Assembly (NCBI RefSeq): GCF_004010195.1
Contig: NC_057719.1
Span: 55,634,000 to 55,697,999 of the forward strand
Direction of reading: 5' to 3'
Length of the DNA stretch: 64,000 bases
Source of the DNA: Chiloscyllium plagiosum
Taxonomy: Eukaryota
The notes beneath the pieces were generated by a model. The model ran no database searches, was not told the DNA's origin, and saw only the letters and a list, made by a program, of their open reading frames with translations. Made by a program: the position numbers and the translations under genes. This document shows, piece by piece, positions 1 through 10,990 of this stretch; the first letter of the stretch is position 1; each line of letters begins with the position of its first letter.

Positions 1-320
1 CCAGTCATTTGGTTTGTCTCCAACACCACCTTCTTTTTAATTTTTCATAATTATCTCTCTGCCTCAGTTAATCAGATCATAGATCATCTCTTTACTTGTT
101 ATTCAGCCGTTGATGGTTTACTCACACTGTCTAACACTTTTGATCACCTGCAGAGACATTTTATTCGACGCTCCACTCACACCAGTTACATGATCTTTTG
201 ATCTCTCCGTCTATAATTCTGTATCTGTGTGCTTCACTCTCACTGCACCTGACGAAGTCCGAAGGCTTGTGATTTCAAATAAACCTGTTGGATTATGACC
301 TGGTGTCAGTTGACTTCTGA
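1..320 (+). mobile_element. Penelope-like element 3' terminal-repeat fragment (family B-related), degenerate hammerhead at ~248-270
   Basis: CACCTGACGAAG..CCGAAGGCTTGTGATTTCAAATAAACCTGTTGGATTATGACCTGGTGT matches 20045-20150 (+) and the reverse complement of 62400-62476. Confidence 0.6.
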
Positions 321-921
321 TGTTATTCTTTATGAGATTGTAAGATGTATCCACCTAAAAACTTACATGATTTGTCATCTCCATACGTAGACTGCGCATG
401 CTGGGAATCCAAGTTCATGCAATCTGTAGTTGTCAAAAATATTGTGAATATGTTCAAAAACCAACTTTAAAGTATAATGTTCCTCCTCCCATCATTGTGA
501 ACAGTACTACATGCTTATAAAGTATTTCACCCTCGTGGCAAGATATTCCATGACTATGTTTTCTATGCGGAAACACCCATTGTTTATAAATTCAATGTTC
601 ATTTCGGTATTTTCATTTAATATAAATAGTATAGCGTTGTTGAAAAATGTAATACTATGTTTAACTACAAAAAAAGAAATTTGAAGTCCCTTCAAACATA
701 ATGCTTGGAATTCAATCAGTGCTCATTAAAAAAATGTTGAACCGCAATGTGAAAGCATTATTGTAAATTAAGCCAGAGAGAAAGAACTTCGGAGCAGCCT
801 TGTCAGGTTACTTCACGGTAAGATTTCAGGTGTGCAGCCATGCATATCTTTAGTGTCCTCAGATAAACATCTTCTCTGTTTAGGAAAATATTCTCATGCT
901 CAGCATTTAACTGACATCAAC

Positions 922-1018
922 CTTTAGAGCCTGGAGCAGAGTGAACTGACTCCAGAGACATTTGAGACGATGCGCACAGGAGGGCAATGAATACAAAGAC
1001 CACCAGCTGAAATTCCAT
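922..1018 (-). CDS. Candidate first coding exon of an unidentified secreted/membrane protein (signal-peptide-like); exon would span 1052-922
   Basis: Minus strand: pyrimidine tract and acceptor ttttctcatttcttccag|G at 1053/1052; in-frame upstream TGA; ATGG at 1018; MEFQLVVFVFIALLCASSQMSLESVHSAPGSK-G; possible weak phase-1 donor AAG|GTTGAT at 922/921. Confidence 0.3.
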
Positions 1019-1535
1019 GGAAGGCTTTAGTCACTGAATGAAGGGCAGAAACCTGGAAGAAATGAGAAAAGTAAAAACAACCTGTATACATTTGCCCAAC
1101 TGTTGTGCTTATTTGTATTTTGTTTGTTTTTCTAAACCAGAACCATTAAATACTGAGGATGGTAAAAAATATGAAACAAAAACAGAAAATGCTGAAATAC
1201 GCAAAATCAAGCAGCAATTATGGAGTGAGAAAGAGTGGGTAAAATCTTAATGCAGCTGTCCTATTCACAATGAAGTGAGGGAGGAACACAGTCATATTAT
1301 GCTTTTTAATTCAGTCAGAGAATTGGCATCCTCCTTCTGTCACAAAGAAGGAAGCAAGTTTGAACTGTAGTCACTGTTCTAATGTAGGTAATGCAGCAAC
1401 CAATGTGCACAGAGTAATCTCATAGACTGCAGTATGATAATGGGAGAAAGTGAGGACTGCAGATGCTGGAGATCAGAGCTGAAAATGTATTGGTGGAAAA
1501 GCGCAGCAGGTCAGGCAGCATCCAAGGAGCAGGAG

Positions 1536-1570
1536 AATTGACGTTTCGGGCAAAGTCCTTCTTCAGGAAT
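1536..1570 (-). ncRNA. Minimal hammerhead ribozyme motif (PLE family A), stem II mismatched
   Basis: Minus strand ATTC-CTGAAGA-A-GGAC-TTT-GCCC-GAAAC-GTC-AATT. Confidence 0.6.
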
Positions 1571-2409
1571 GAGGAGGGTGTGCCAAGCAGGCTAAGATAA
1601 AAGGTAGGGAGGAGGGACATGGGGGAGGGGTGTTGGGAATGCGATAGGTGGAAGGAGGTTAAGGTGAGGGTGATAGGCCAGAGATGGGGTGGGGGCGCAG
1701 AGGTCGGGAAGAAGATTGCAGGTCAAGAAGGCGATGCTGAGTCCGAGGGTTGGGACTGAGATAAGGTGGGGATGGGGAAATGGGAAGCTGGAGAAATCTG
1801 CATTCATCCCTTGTGGTTGGAGGGTTCCTAGGTGGAAGATGAGGCGCTCTTCCTCCAGGCGTCTGTTGCCATTGGTCTGGCGATGGAGGAGGCCAAGGAC
1901 CTGCATGTCCTTGGCGGAGTGGGAGGGGGAGTTAAAGTGTTCAGCCACGGGGTGGTTGGGTTGGTTGGTGCGGGTGTCCCAGAGGTGTTTTCTGAAACGT
2001 TCCACAAGTAGGCGGCCTGTCTCCCCAATGTAGAGGAGGCCACATCGGGTGCAGCGGATGCAGTAAATGATGTGTGTGGAGGTGCAGGTGAATTTGTGAC
2101 AGACCATGGCAACATGACGCCTGGAGGAAGAGCGCCTCATCTTCCACCTAGGAATCCTCCAACCACAAGGGATGAATGCAGATTTCTCCAGCTTCCTCAT
2201 TTCCCCATACCCACCTTATCTCAGTCCCAACCCTCGGACTCAACACCGCCCTCTTGACCTGCAATCTTCTTCCCGACCTCTCCGCCCCCACCCCCTCTCC
2301 GGCCTATCACCCTCACCTTAACCTCCTTCCACATATCGCATTCCCAATGCCCCTCCCCCAAGTCCCTCCTCCCTACCTTTTATCTTAGCCTGCTTGGCAC
2401 ACCCTCCTC

Positions 2410-2446
2410 ATTCCTGAAGAAGGACTTATGCCCAAAACGTCAATTC
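2410..2446 (+). ncRNA. Degenerate minimal hammerhead motif (family A)
   Basis: CTGAAGA-A-GGAC-TTAT-GCCC-AAAAC-GTC; the core GAAA is mutated to AAAA. Confidence 0.5.
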
Positions 2447-3218
2447 TCCTGCTCCTTGCATGCTGCCTGTCCTGCTGCGCTTTTCCAGCAACACATTTTT
2501 CAGTTGCAGTATGAAAATGACAAAATGATTTGGTTTTGTAATGCTGATTGAGGAACAGGTGTTAGCCATGTACTAAGATAACTCCTCTGCAAAATTTCAA
2601 ACTTTTGTCATGGATGACCACTCGAGCATGTAAATGGGGCTTTCATTTTACTTCTCATTCAAAAGGAAGCACCTCAGATAAAACAGCAGTCCTTCCGTAC
2701 TGCAACGAAATGTCAGTCTTGATTTTTGGATCAAGCCTGATGTGAGGCATAAACCTACACCTTGTTACTTAGAGATGAGAAATGGGAACTCTATCACTGA
2801 GCATATAAAAAGCTGTTCTGAATCAGAACACAAATCACAAACATATGTCTAATAGTGCCTTTTATATAGGTTCCAAACTTCACAGGTGTTTAGCCTTTGA
2901 TCTTATAATATGCATGCATAGGTAAGGCACCCAGTGTGTAAAACTACTTTAAGAAATAACTTATCTAGTCCATCTAACAAAAATAGTTAATAGTTTGAAA
3001 ATTCTTCAACAGTATTCAGTGAATTCATAATTAAGTTAATTGAGAAAGATAACACATACTACACAAATTAAGCAAAAGTGCAAATTAGGTAGATTTAGAG
3101 AAGATGTGTACCCCAATATTATAATAGTTGATGCTACCACTGACAGAAACTTAATCAAACCAGTCACATATAAACTGTGGTTACGAGACCATATCAAATA
3201 TGTGCCACTCAGTTGTGA

Positions 3219-3870
3219 TTAACTCACCTCCTGACTCTGAAACACTGTGCACCATCTATAAGGCACAAGTGAAGAGTGTGATACAATACTCTCCACATAG
3301 TTACAAAGAAGATTGATGAGGGCAGAGCAGTAGATGTGATCTATATGGACTTCAGTAAGGCGTTCGACAAGGTTCCCCATGGGAGACTGATTAGCAAGGT
3401 TAGGTCTCATGGAATACAAGGAGATGACTCTATGACTGTGTTTAGATGAGTGCAGGTTCAAAAACACTTACAAGGCTCAACATTCAAGGACAAATCAACC
3501 ACATTATGCATATACATCCTTCACCAGCATGGCAATGAGGAAACATTGTGTATCATCTACAAGATACATTACAGCAACTCACCAAGATTTAATTGACACT
3601 AGCTTTCCCAGCCTGTGACCGCATTAGAAGGACAAAAGAGCAGCTGCACAGAAACACTAGCACCTGTGCATTTTGCTTTAAGTCACAACAATAAATTGCC
3701 AAGTTAGGGTGTTGGGTTTCCACGTCTCTGTTGGATCCATATGTTGAAACAACCTACCCAACAGGACTTTGACAGAGCCTGAATAACACACAGGGGGAGG
3801 TGAGGAAAGCAAAAGGATATTGTCATGGACAACAAATGCTGATATACCCATGGACTCACAAATCCCATGA
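3219..3870 (+). mobile_element. Old 3' fragment of the single-ORF LINE family of 37180-40225, interrupted by a short CR1 piece
   Basis: CACCATCTATAAGGCACAAGTGAAGAGTGTGATACAATACTCTCCAC corresponds to the TIYKAQVRSVMEYSP motif (compare ORF 37515-37709). Confidence 0.65.
3299..3436 (+). mobile_element. Internally deleted CR1 (RT motif joined directly to the 3' tail)
   Basis: Encodes VTKKIDEGRAVDVIYMDFSKAFDKVPHGRLISKVRSHGIQG, then ATGACTCTATGACT (CR1 tail repeat, as at 49821-49840). Confidence 0.8.
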
Positions 3871-4273
3871 ACAAATAACAGAAAACAACTTGGTACTTAT
3901 GCCAGTGTCACGAGAGAATCAAACTTAGTAAATTTCACATAAAATTTTTAAACCTGATAATATGGTTACTAACCTCTCACTCATTCTTTCAGCCACACCA
4001 TCACAAAGCCAATAAGTTAAGGTCAGATAATGATAAAGAAATATTTATAAACATTAAACGAAATTGAGAGGTGAATTGGTTTTACCTGTTAGTTCTGAGC
4101 ATTATAATGGAGGATTTCCCTCTGTGAGCTCTTGCATGTTTTCTTGCATGTCATTGTTGCCCACTTCATTATCTATGCACCATACACCAGAGCTCTGTTT
4201 TTTACACTACCTCACACTCACCAACAGCAAAAATGCTCACCACTGCTACAGCCTTCCTGGCTTACCAGGAAGA

Positions 4274-4608
4274 GGGTGGCATGGTGGCACAGAGATTGGC
4301 ATTGCTGCCTCACAGCACCAGAGACCCAGGTTTGATTCAAGCCTTAGGTGACTGTCTGTGTGGAGTTTGCACATTCTTCCTGTGTCTGCATAGACTTCCT
4401 CCAGGTGCTCTGGTTTCCTCCCACAGTCCAAAAATATGCAGGTGCCCGTAGTGTTCATGGATGTGCAGGCTAAGTAAATTAGCCATGGTGAATGTGGGGT
4501 TACAAGGAGAGGGTGGGAATTTGGGTGGGATGGTCTTTGGAGGTTCAGTGCAGACCCAATGGGCCAAATGGCCTCTTTCCACACTGAAAGGATTAGATAT
4601 GATATGAT
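4274..4608 (+). mobile_element. tRNA-derived V-SINE (HE1-like) with CR1-type 3' tail
   Basis: GGGTGGCATGGTGGCACAG..GCTGCCTCACAGC A/B-box head; V-domain TGTGTGGAGTTTGCACATTCT..CCTCCCACAGTCCAAA; tail ATGGGCCAAATGGCCTCTTTCCACACTG. Confidence 0.88.
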
Positions 4609-4639
4609 TACTGTTAGCATGTCCTGCTGTACACCATGT

Positions 4640-4835
4640 CAAAAACTGAGGGTCAGAGTTTTGAAAAGATTTGTAGCTCAGGTTGAGGCTCTGGAAGTAA
4701 GTTTGCTCACTATTTAATAGAAAGCGGAACATAACACCAGTGCTTCACCGGAGGCTCACTGATGATGTTACCTAGTATGGTGACAAAATGTCTGAAAATG
4801 AACCTTCCAGCTCGGCGAGCAAACATACATACATC
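4640..4835 (+). mobile_element. PLE terminal-repeat fragment (family C) with hammerhead motif at 4756-4795 and a short inverted segment
   Basis: TCA-CTGATGA-T-GTTACC-TAGTAT-GGTGAC-AAAAT-GTC-TGA (consistent with CpG decay of GACGAAACGTC); AAGTAAGTTTGCTC (~4695-4708) is an inverted match to GAGCAAACATACAT (~4817-4830). Confidence 0.6.
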
Positions 4836-6544
4836 CACTGAAGGTCAGAATTTGGACTTTACAGATCCAGTGTGCTGTAAAACTAAACTAATGTGACCCT
4901 TTAAGTTCACAATGGGCCCCAAAGTACAAAAAGGCAAGGCAAAGATGCTAAAGTAAATGCAAAGTAAGTGAGCACTATGAAAGCAATTTAAGAGATCTGA
5001 AATGCGTCCTGTTCTGATGCAGTTGATGGGTTCCTGTCCATGAACACAAAGTAGCCTAGCAACAGCATTTAATTGTAAGGTATTGGTGCAATCCAAAGTG
5101 CAGCATTGAAGTAGTGAACTGCACTTTAAATGAATCAGAGATATGCCATAGTAATGTGCTGGGCTAATGTACAGAGGGCATGGATAGTTACTACCCTGGA
5201 ATATTGTGGAAAACTGGCCAATGTCGTAGCCTGCAGAAGATGCCAATGACTTGCAACTACAAAATAACTGCTCTGATTTTCATTTTGGGAATTGGTCACA
5301 TCTAGTTTCACCAGATGGCTTGGGAAAATAGCAAGCTGAAGATAAATTAGGTGAAATTAGGTAAAATTGAGATGCCAATGCATGCAAATAGGCACCTCAC
5401 CATTCACTCATGGGATTTCCATCTGGCTGAGAAAACATTCTCTGCAAAATTAATCTTTTTGAGAAGCTCATCAGGAAACTAACTTTTCTATTCGCACTTG
5501 ATTTTCCCAACTATCTCACAAATGATGTGTCATTCAGAGGACAGGAAAACTCAACCCTCAGTCTCTATTTCGATGTAGGATTGCTGTTTCGAAGTCAAGA
5601 TGTTACATTGTTGGAAGTAAAGGCTATAGAATCGCAGAAGGTCTCAGCTGCTGTGATGGCTTTGAAACGATCTCTGGGAGGCATGCTCAAAGAAGGAATG
5701 AAGTGTGTGAGAGAGAGAGAGAGAGATGCTGCAACTGCAGGTGTGGTCCTTCTGAAACCTGGTTGATTACAGACGTCTGATGGCTTCCCTTGTTGGCTCC
5801 TCTTTCCCTTTGTTGGAATTCAGTTGCTTAGGGCAGTTTTCTGGTGTTTAAAACAGGGAAGAATGGTGGCTGCTTCATCATATGAACTAAACAAATTGCC
5901 AGGTCATCCTCCAAATAAGGCCATGGAGCTGTTCAAATAGAAGTCTTTTATCCTTTATTCCACCCGACCTTCACCCCTAAAATTTCTTACCAGTTAAATG
6001 TCTCTGTGCCAGAAGAATGGCCATCAAAGTAAATGGAGTCCATTTACATTTGTGCGCATCCATTGAATTCCAACGTGTCCTATATTTGGCAATATCCTCT
6101 TTTGTTTCTTCTAGAGAAAAAGGGAATGTTTGAATCCACAAGGGAATGTTTGAATCAAGTGATCATCACAATCAATTCTGAATCAGTCCAATTCTAAAAC
6201 AAATAGTTTCAGGTCTATTGTTATCAATTTAAAACACAGTTGCGACAATATAAAATATTTAAATATTCAATTGTCATGTTATAGTTACAAATTGATCTTT
6301 ACATTTTACTTTGATTTGAAATTATCAATGGACCGGGAGATTCAAAGCTAAAGTGTGACATAGCTGCCATTGGTAAAAGATTGCCAATGCCCGTGCTGTG
6401 TTTAAACAGACAGCTTGCACTATAAATATGGGCATATGCATTTACAATGTGAGAAATAACCATTGAAGTATAAGATAAATAATGACAATCTGAGATTACT
6501 TTCTCTTGATGGGATGCCTGCAAAAACAGAAGTTTAGAGAGTCA

Positions 6545-6765
6545 GTCTAGCGTAATCCAGTCAATGCTGATGGAGCAGTTCCAAAGGATGGATGCTACAG
6601 GAAGCAAGGAAAGCAAAGATGAAATTGAGGGTAACCTGGATAAGCACATGAGGGAGAAAGAAATATACAATCTTACTTGTAGTGTTAGATGAAGATGGGT
6701 GAATAATGATTTGTATGGAGCATCAACACCACATTAGAGTAGTTGTGCCATAAATTCTGTGTAAC
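6545..6765 (+). mobile_element. Old CR1 3' end
   Basis: Degenerate CTGGATAAGCACATGAGGGAGAAAGAAATA..GGAGCATCAACACC 3'UTR pattern. Confidence 0.45.
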
Positions 6766-7559
6766 ATAACTATTCAGCCAATAGGGCACAGAATCCAGGG
6801 CCACTAACAGGAACAGCAGTCCACTAAGCTGGCTCTTATTTTGTTGTAATTTGCGGTTCCCATTGATTACTGTCAGACTTTGGTGACAGTGAGATGCTCT
6901 GTTCGGAACTGTTGCTGTTTTTTTTAATCCCTCACTTTCATTCTGGCAACTGAAGACTTTTCGTTTTCTTGCCTTTTATCAGCATTCGCTGGATTCTTCA
7001 ATAAACAGCTTGCAGGCCACGCATGGCTATTGTCGCTATAAATTAACATTACAAACAGGTTCTAGGAGCCTTAGACAAATGAGGACCAGGCAGTATACTA
7101 TTGCAAACTGTTGAACATTTATTAAATATTCACATGAGTATTTCCCAAACTTTTCCCACGGTGACCCTTTGAGGCATGGAAATTGTCATGACCTCGAAGT
7201 GATAACTTTGAGAGGGGTCTGGAGGTGGGAGATAGGAACTGTGGGAGTGAGTCCTTCTAGAGAGAGGGAATAGCTGTTGTAACTTGGTCAGAGGTCTACA
7301 AATGCCTTAGCTTTATTAGAGTTTATGGTCCCATGATCTCTTGGAGTACCAACCCAGACTCTGGGAAGCCCTGATCTACCCGTTGTACTTTGGCTTGGTC
7401 AAACCGAACTTTCTTCCATCAGGTCCAATATGACCTGACTTCACTGACAATGCAGTCTACCTATTGCATACGGTTATTAATCCCATACACTACAGAATGA
7501 ATCTGAGCTATTCATTACAAAATTTAGCATTCTTTATCGAGGAGCAGAACCTGATTCAC

Positions 7560-8580
7560 AGAAATAAGTTGTGCTGCAAGTTACGAAACTGGCTAAAATA
7601 CCTCCTCATTAAATATTGCATTTTGATTCAATCAATTTCCCTATATTTCTTATAGAGAAGATCCATGTCATCAACAGTAATTCTTTTATACATCCCATCT
7701 TTAAACCAACTTGTTATCCAAAGTACTACTTTTTCAATAATGTGCACTTCCTGAGCCAAACCTCTCAATGCCATTTGAAAAACTGTTCATTAAACATCTG
7801 TAGCATTTTCCTTATCATTACACTGTTACCTTATCTGATTTATCAGGCATGTTTACTTCTTGCAAAATCTTTTTGGCTTTCTTTAATTAACCCATATTGC
7901 TCTAGGTAAGTATTAATTTTATCACGTATTGTGCCCTATAGAGATTTACCCACTAAGAATATTATTGTCAACAGATATTGTTATCTGCTTTATTACGTTG
8001 ACAACAACGTCCTTGTGGAAAGCATTCATATGTTAGGATGCTTAAAGATTATGATCAGAAGCTCCACTGTTCTCCTTTGACATTCCCACCATTCTAGAAT
8101 GTGAGCTATCAGGGTCTGCTATCATTTCCAAATTGAGTTCAATCAGCTTCCTTATCTTTAGTTACTCTATTTATTGCTTTATGCACTCCATTCGTAGGCT
8201 TACCTTCCCATCTACACAGTTATCTGTCAAAGCTAAGACCAAATATTTGCTTTGCATCTTGGTCACTTCATCATCCTCTAAGAAATTGTATTTGAGTGAT
8301 AAATCAGTTCTATTTGTTTTTAAGTACCTTTTTCTTATGATTTTATAAAATCATTTCCTCCTTACCCTTATTTCCCCTTTTCTTTTTGTCTTTAATTTAT
8401 TTGAGTTCTTTCATACATTTCTCCTTGCATTCAACATATCCTATCTTTTTATACCTCATTATACTTTTAGCTTAGATTGTCTTTCAAGGACTTCTCAACT
8501 TTGCTGCCTTAATTTTACATCTCTTGGGATTGTGGAACTTGTCTGATCTGTGCACTATACCATTTTCTATTTAACGCAGA
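7560..8580 (-). mobile_element. Highly decayed CR1-type LINE fragment
   Basis: Pyrimidine-rich tract with residual similarity to the reverse complement of CR1 ORF2. Confidence 0.35.
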
Positions 8581-8897
8581 CCTGTGGGCCCCCTAATCCC
8601 TGGTGATCCTAATGTATTGAACACCTCCCACACATTACTGACTACTTGATTCACACCAAACATTTGCACACAGACGCCAGGGTAAGAATAGGATGTTAGG
8701 CCTTGTGATGAAATGGCACCAGCAGAACATTACCTTATTTTCTTGCTTTCACTGGCAGCAGAAGGCTCACATCACAGATATCGATCTATGGTAATTCTAT
8801 GTGGACATCACCGTTAAGCATCATGCTGGCAGGTTAACACAGAAACCCCAATAAAATGTATCTAAATGTGAGAGTTTACACAGTGTGCTGAGCCACC

Positions 8898-9246
8898 TTC
8901 ATTCATTCACAGGATGAGGGTATCACTGGCTAGGCCAGAATTTATTGCCCATCCCTAATTGTCCAGAGGGCAGTGAAGAGTGAACCACATTGCTGTGGGT
9001 CTGGAGTCACATGTAGGCTAAACCAGATAAGGATGGCAATTTCCTTCCTAATGGGATATTAGTGAACCAGATGGGTTTTTCTGACAATCAACAATAGATT
9101 CATTATCATCAAGAGATTCTTAATTCCAAATATTTATCGAATCCAAATTCCACCATCTGCACGATTCAAACCCAGGTTCCCAGAACGTTATCTGGGTCTC
9201 TGAATTAACAGTCCAGTGATAATGCCACGAGACCATCACCTCTCCT
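8898..9246 (-). mobile_element. tRNA-headed SINE whose body and tail match the 5' and 3' ends of the LINE at 37180-40225
   Basis: 8920-8960 ~ 37200-37240 (ATTTATTGCCCATCCCTA); 8964-9065 ~ 40120-40222 (CAGAGGGCA..AACCACATTGCT..GGAGTCA); B-box-like CTGGGTTTGAATC on minus ~9163-9176. Confidence 0.75.
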
Positions 9247-9743
9247 CAAATGGTTGATTTTCTTCATTTTACCACACTGTATTTTAATGATGTTCCAAGT
9301 TCTGAGCTGGAGTGGAGGGAGGCTGCTTGGCATCGATGCCTGTTGGCCTGGAAGGTTTTGTGGGCAATCCAATGGCATTAATGTGTGGATGGGCCAGACA
9401 TGCTGAGAGTCCTCATGCCTTGGTTTATTACTTCAAAGATTTAGAGGCAGGCAGGGAGGAGGGAGGTGGATGGAGTTGTGTGTGTGTGTGTGTGCACGTG
9501 CTTGTTTGTTTCCTGGATGCCTCCGAGCACCACCCAGTCTCTGTGTTAACAAAGAGTACCTGGGGTGAGTGTCAGATTCCCCATGACCCACTCACCATGC
9601 CATTGATCCTGTGGATTCTGAGGATCAGTGGCTGGGGCCATGGAATGCAGATGTATATACATCTCCAGAAGCCCATGACGATCTGAATAGGGCTCTCCAT
9701 GGCAGCCACCAACATGGATGCAACCCAGATGGTCACATGCCTT

Positions 9744-9834
9744 TCCTAAAGAAGGGCTTATGCCCGAAACGTCGATTCTCCTGTTCCTTGGATGCTGCCT
9801 GACCTGCTGCGCTTTTCCAGCAACACATTTTCAG
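9744..9834 (+). mobile_element. Solo PLE terminal repeat (family A) starting at the hammerhead
   Basis: TCCTAAAGAAGGGCTTATGCCCGAAACGTCG..CACATTTTCAG; TSD CACATGCCTT at 9734-9743 and 9835-9844. Confidence 0.88.
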
Positions 9835-10329
9835 CACATGCCTTAGGCAGTTGGGTCCTAGGGCAGCTGCAATCCTGCAGCCTTGGGCAATGAGCCCCAT
9901 TGCCTCCCATTTACCTTTCTATTGCTCCACAGCAGTAGATGAAGTTCCTGACTGCTGAAAGCACAGGCTTCTCTCTTGCATGGGGAAAGTGCCTGACTGC
10001 AGAGCTGTCGCAGTGAGGTGCTCACCACATTGTACTTCCACACTCTCTAAGATGAACGTTCCCACTGGAGTGTGAGTATCAGAGCTGTTGGGGTGCTGGC
10101 AGCATCCTTGCTGATGCTAGTCTGAGGCCTTGATGTACTCTTCTACAGAGGCTTAGGAAGTGACTTCTGGCAGAGCAGGCTATTTCACCACCGAGGCTGT
10201 GAAAATCCCTCTGGCATCCAGAAGACACAAGGGACAGAAGGGACCAATGGTTAGAAATGGTGTGCGACGAATGACACTGACAGTGTGATTCATGTGTCAT
10301 TTTCACTGGAACAAAGAATTGCATTTATT

Positions 10330-10990
10330 CAGTTGGTAAGACACAGGTATTTCAACTTTCCCACAGGAGCAGTCCAGATCTTCTCCTGCAAGGGTCAAAG
10401 GTCTCTCCATGTAGGGAGTGAGGTGCCTGATGTCAAAGCCCTTTTATGGGCCATCTTCTCCTGGAATGAGAGAATGGGAGGATTGTGTGAGATCAAAGTG
10501 AGTGGAGTGGTTGTGAGTGTTGGTGCAGTTTCTTGAAAGGGGGTGATCAGTGGGCAGTGCAGAGACCATGCAGAGTAAGTAAGGTGGGTCATTGAGGGGG
10601 GAGCAAGAGTGAACCAGGTAAGATGTTGATAGCAATAGTGAGAGCAGAAGAATATGCCTTCATGGGAAATGAGTGCAGGAACAGAGATAGAATGAGTGTG
10701 AGGTGGCAGAGAGAGGTGTCTGGTACTGACCTTGACTCAACAGAGAATGTCCTTGACCTTCTTATTGCACTGCTGGCTGTTCCTCCAGACCTTGGAGATG
10801 GCACTGACCCACATGGTGACCTCAGACCTACATGGTGACCTCAGACCTCAGGCTGCCAGGGTCTGGTGGTGTGGCCTCCTTTGGCAGTCCTCCAGGAGGA
10901 GGTAAAGGACAGCACTCCTCTGCACCACTAGGCTCTCCAGGTCCCAGTGGATAAATTGTGACAGCATCTTCCCCTTCTCCGACATCTTCT
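10330..10990 (-). pseudogene. PIF/Harbinger transposon Myb/SANT-like DNA-binding gene relic with phase-0 intron 10730-10461
   Basis: VVQRSAVL..RRPHHQTLAA..SEVTMWVSAISKVWRNSQQCNKKVKDILC*VK|gtcagt..ctcattccag|EKMAHKR; in-frame stop; 19-bp tandem duplication ACATGGTGACCTCAGACCT at 10811-10848. Confidence 0.65.

Larger units (their letters stand above)
1443..2504. mobile_element. Penelope-like element: minus-strand GIY-YIG endonuclease end plus terminal repeat, followed by an inverted copy of the repeat
   Basis: ORF 1592-2200(-) has IYCIRCTRCGLLYIGETGR..HPVAEHFN..LEEERLIFHLGTLQPQGMN; arms ~1479-1878 and ~2101-2503 are reverse complements; TSD TGCAGTATGA(T/A)AATG at 1428-1442 and 2505-2519. Confidence 0.93.
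1362..2805 (-). mobile_element. DeuSINE (SacSINE1-like), split by the PLE at 1443-2504 into ~1362-1442 and ~2505-2805
   Basis: Both pieces resemble the reverse complement of the tRNA-headed SINE at 13548-13880; the sequence is continuous across the TSD. Confidence 0.55.

Noticed and set aside
1592..2200. Intact 202-aa GIY-YIG nuclease gene
   Set aside because: The N-terminal part is the antisense inverted arm; only a truncated PLE endonuclease end is real.
4080..6535. Other possible minus-strand splice sites (donor near 4086, acceptor near 6519)
   Set aside because: Isolated motifs with no paired site or coding signal; cannot be supported without RNA data.
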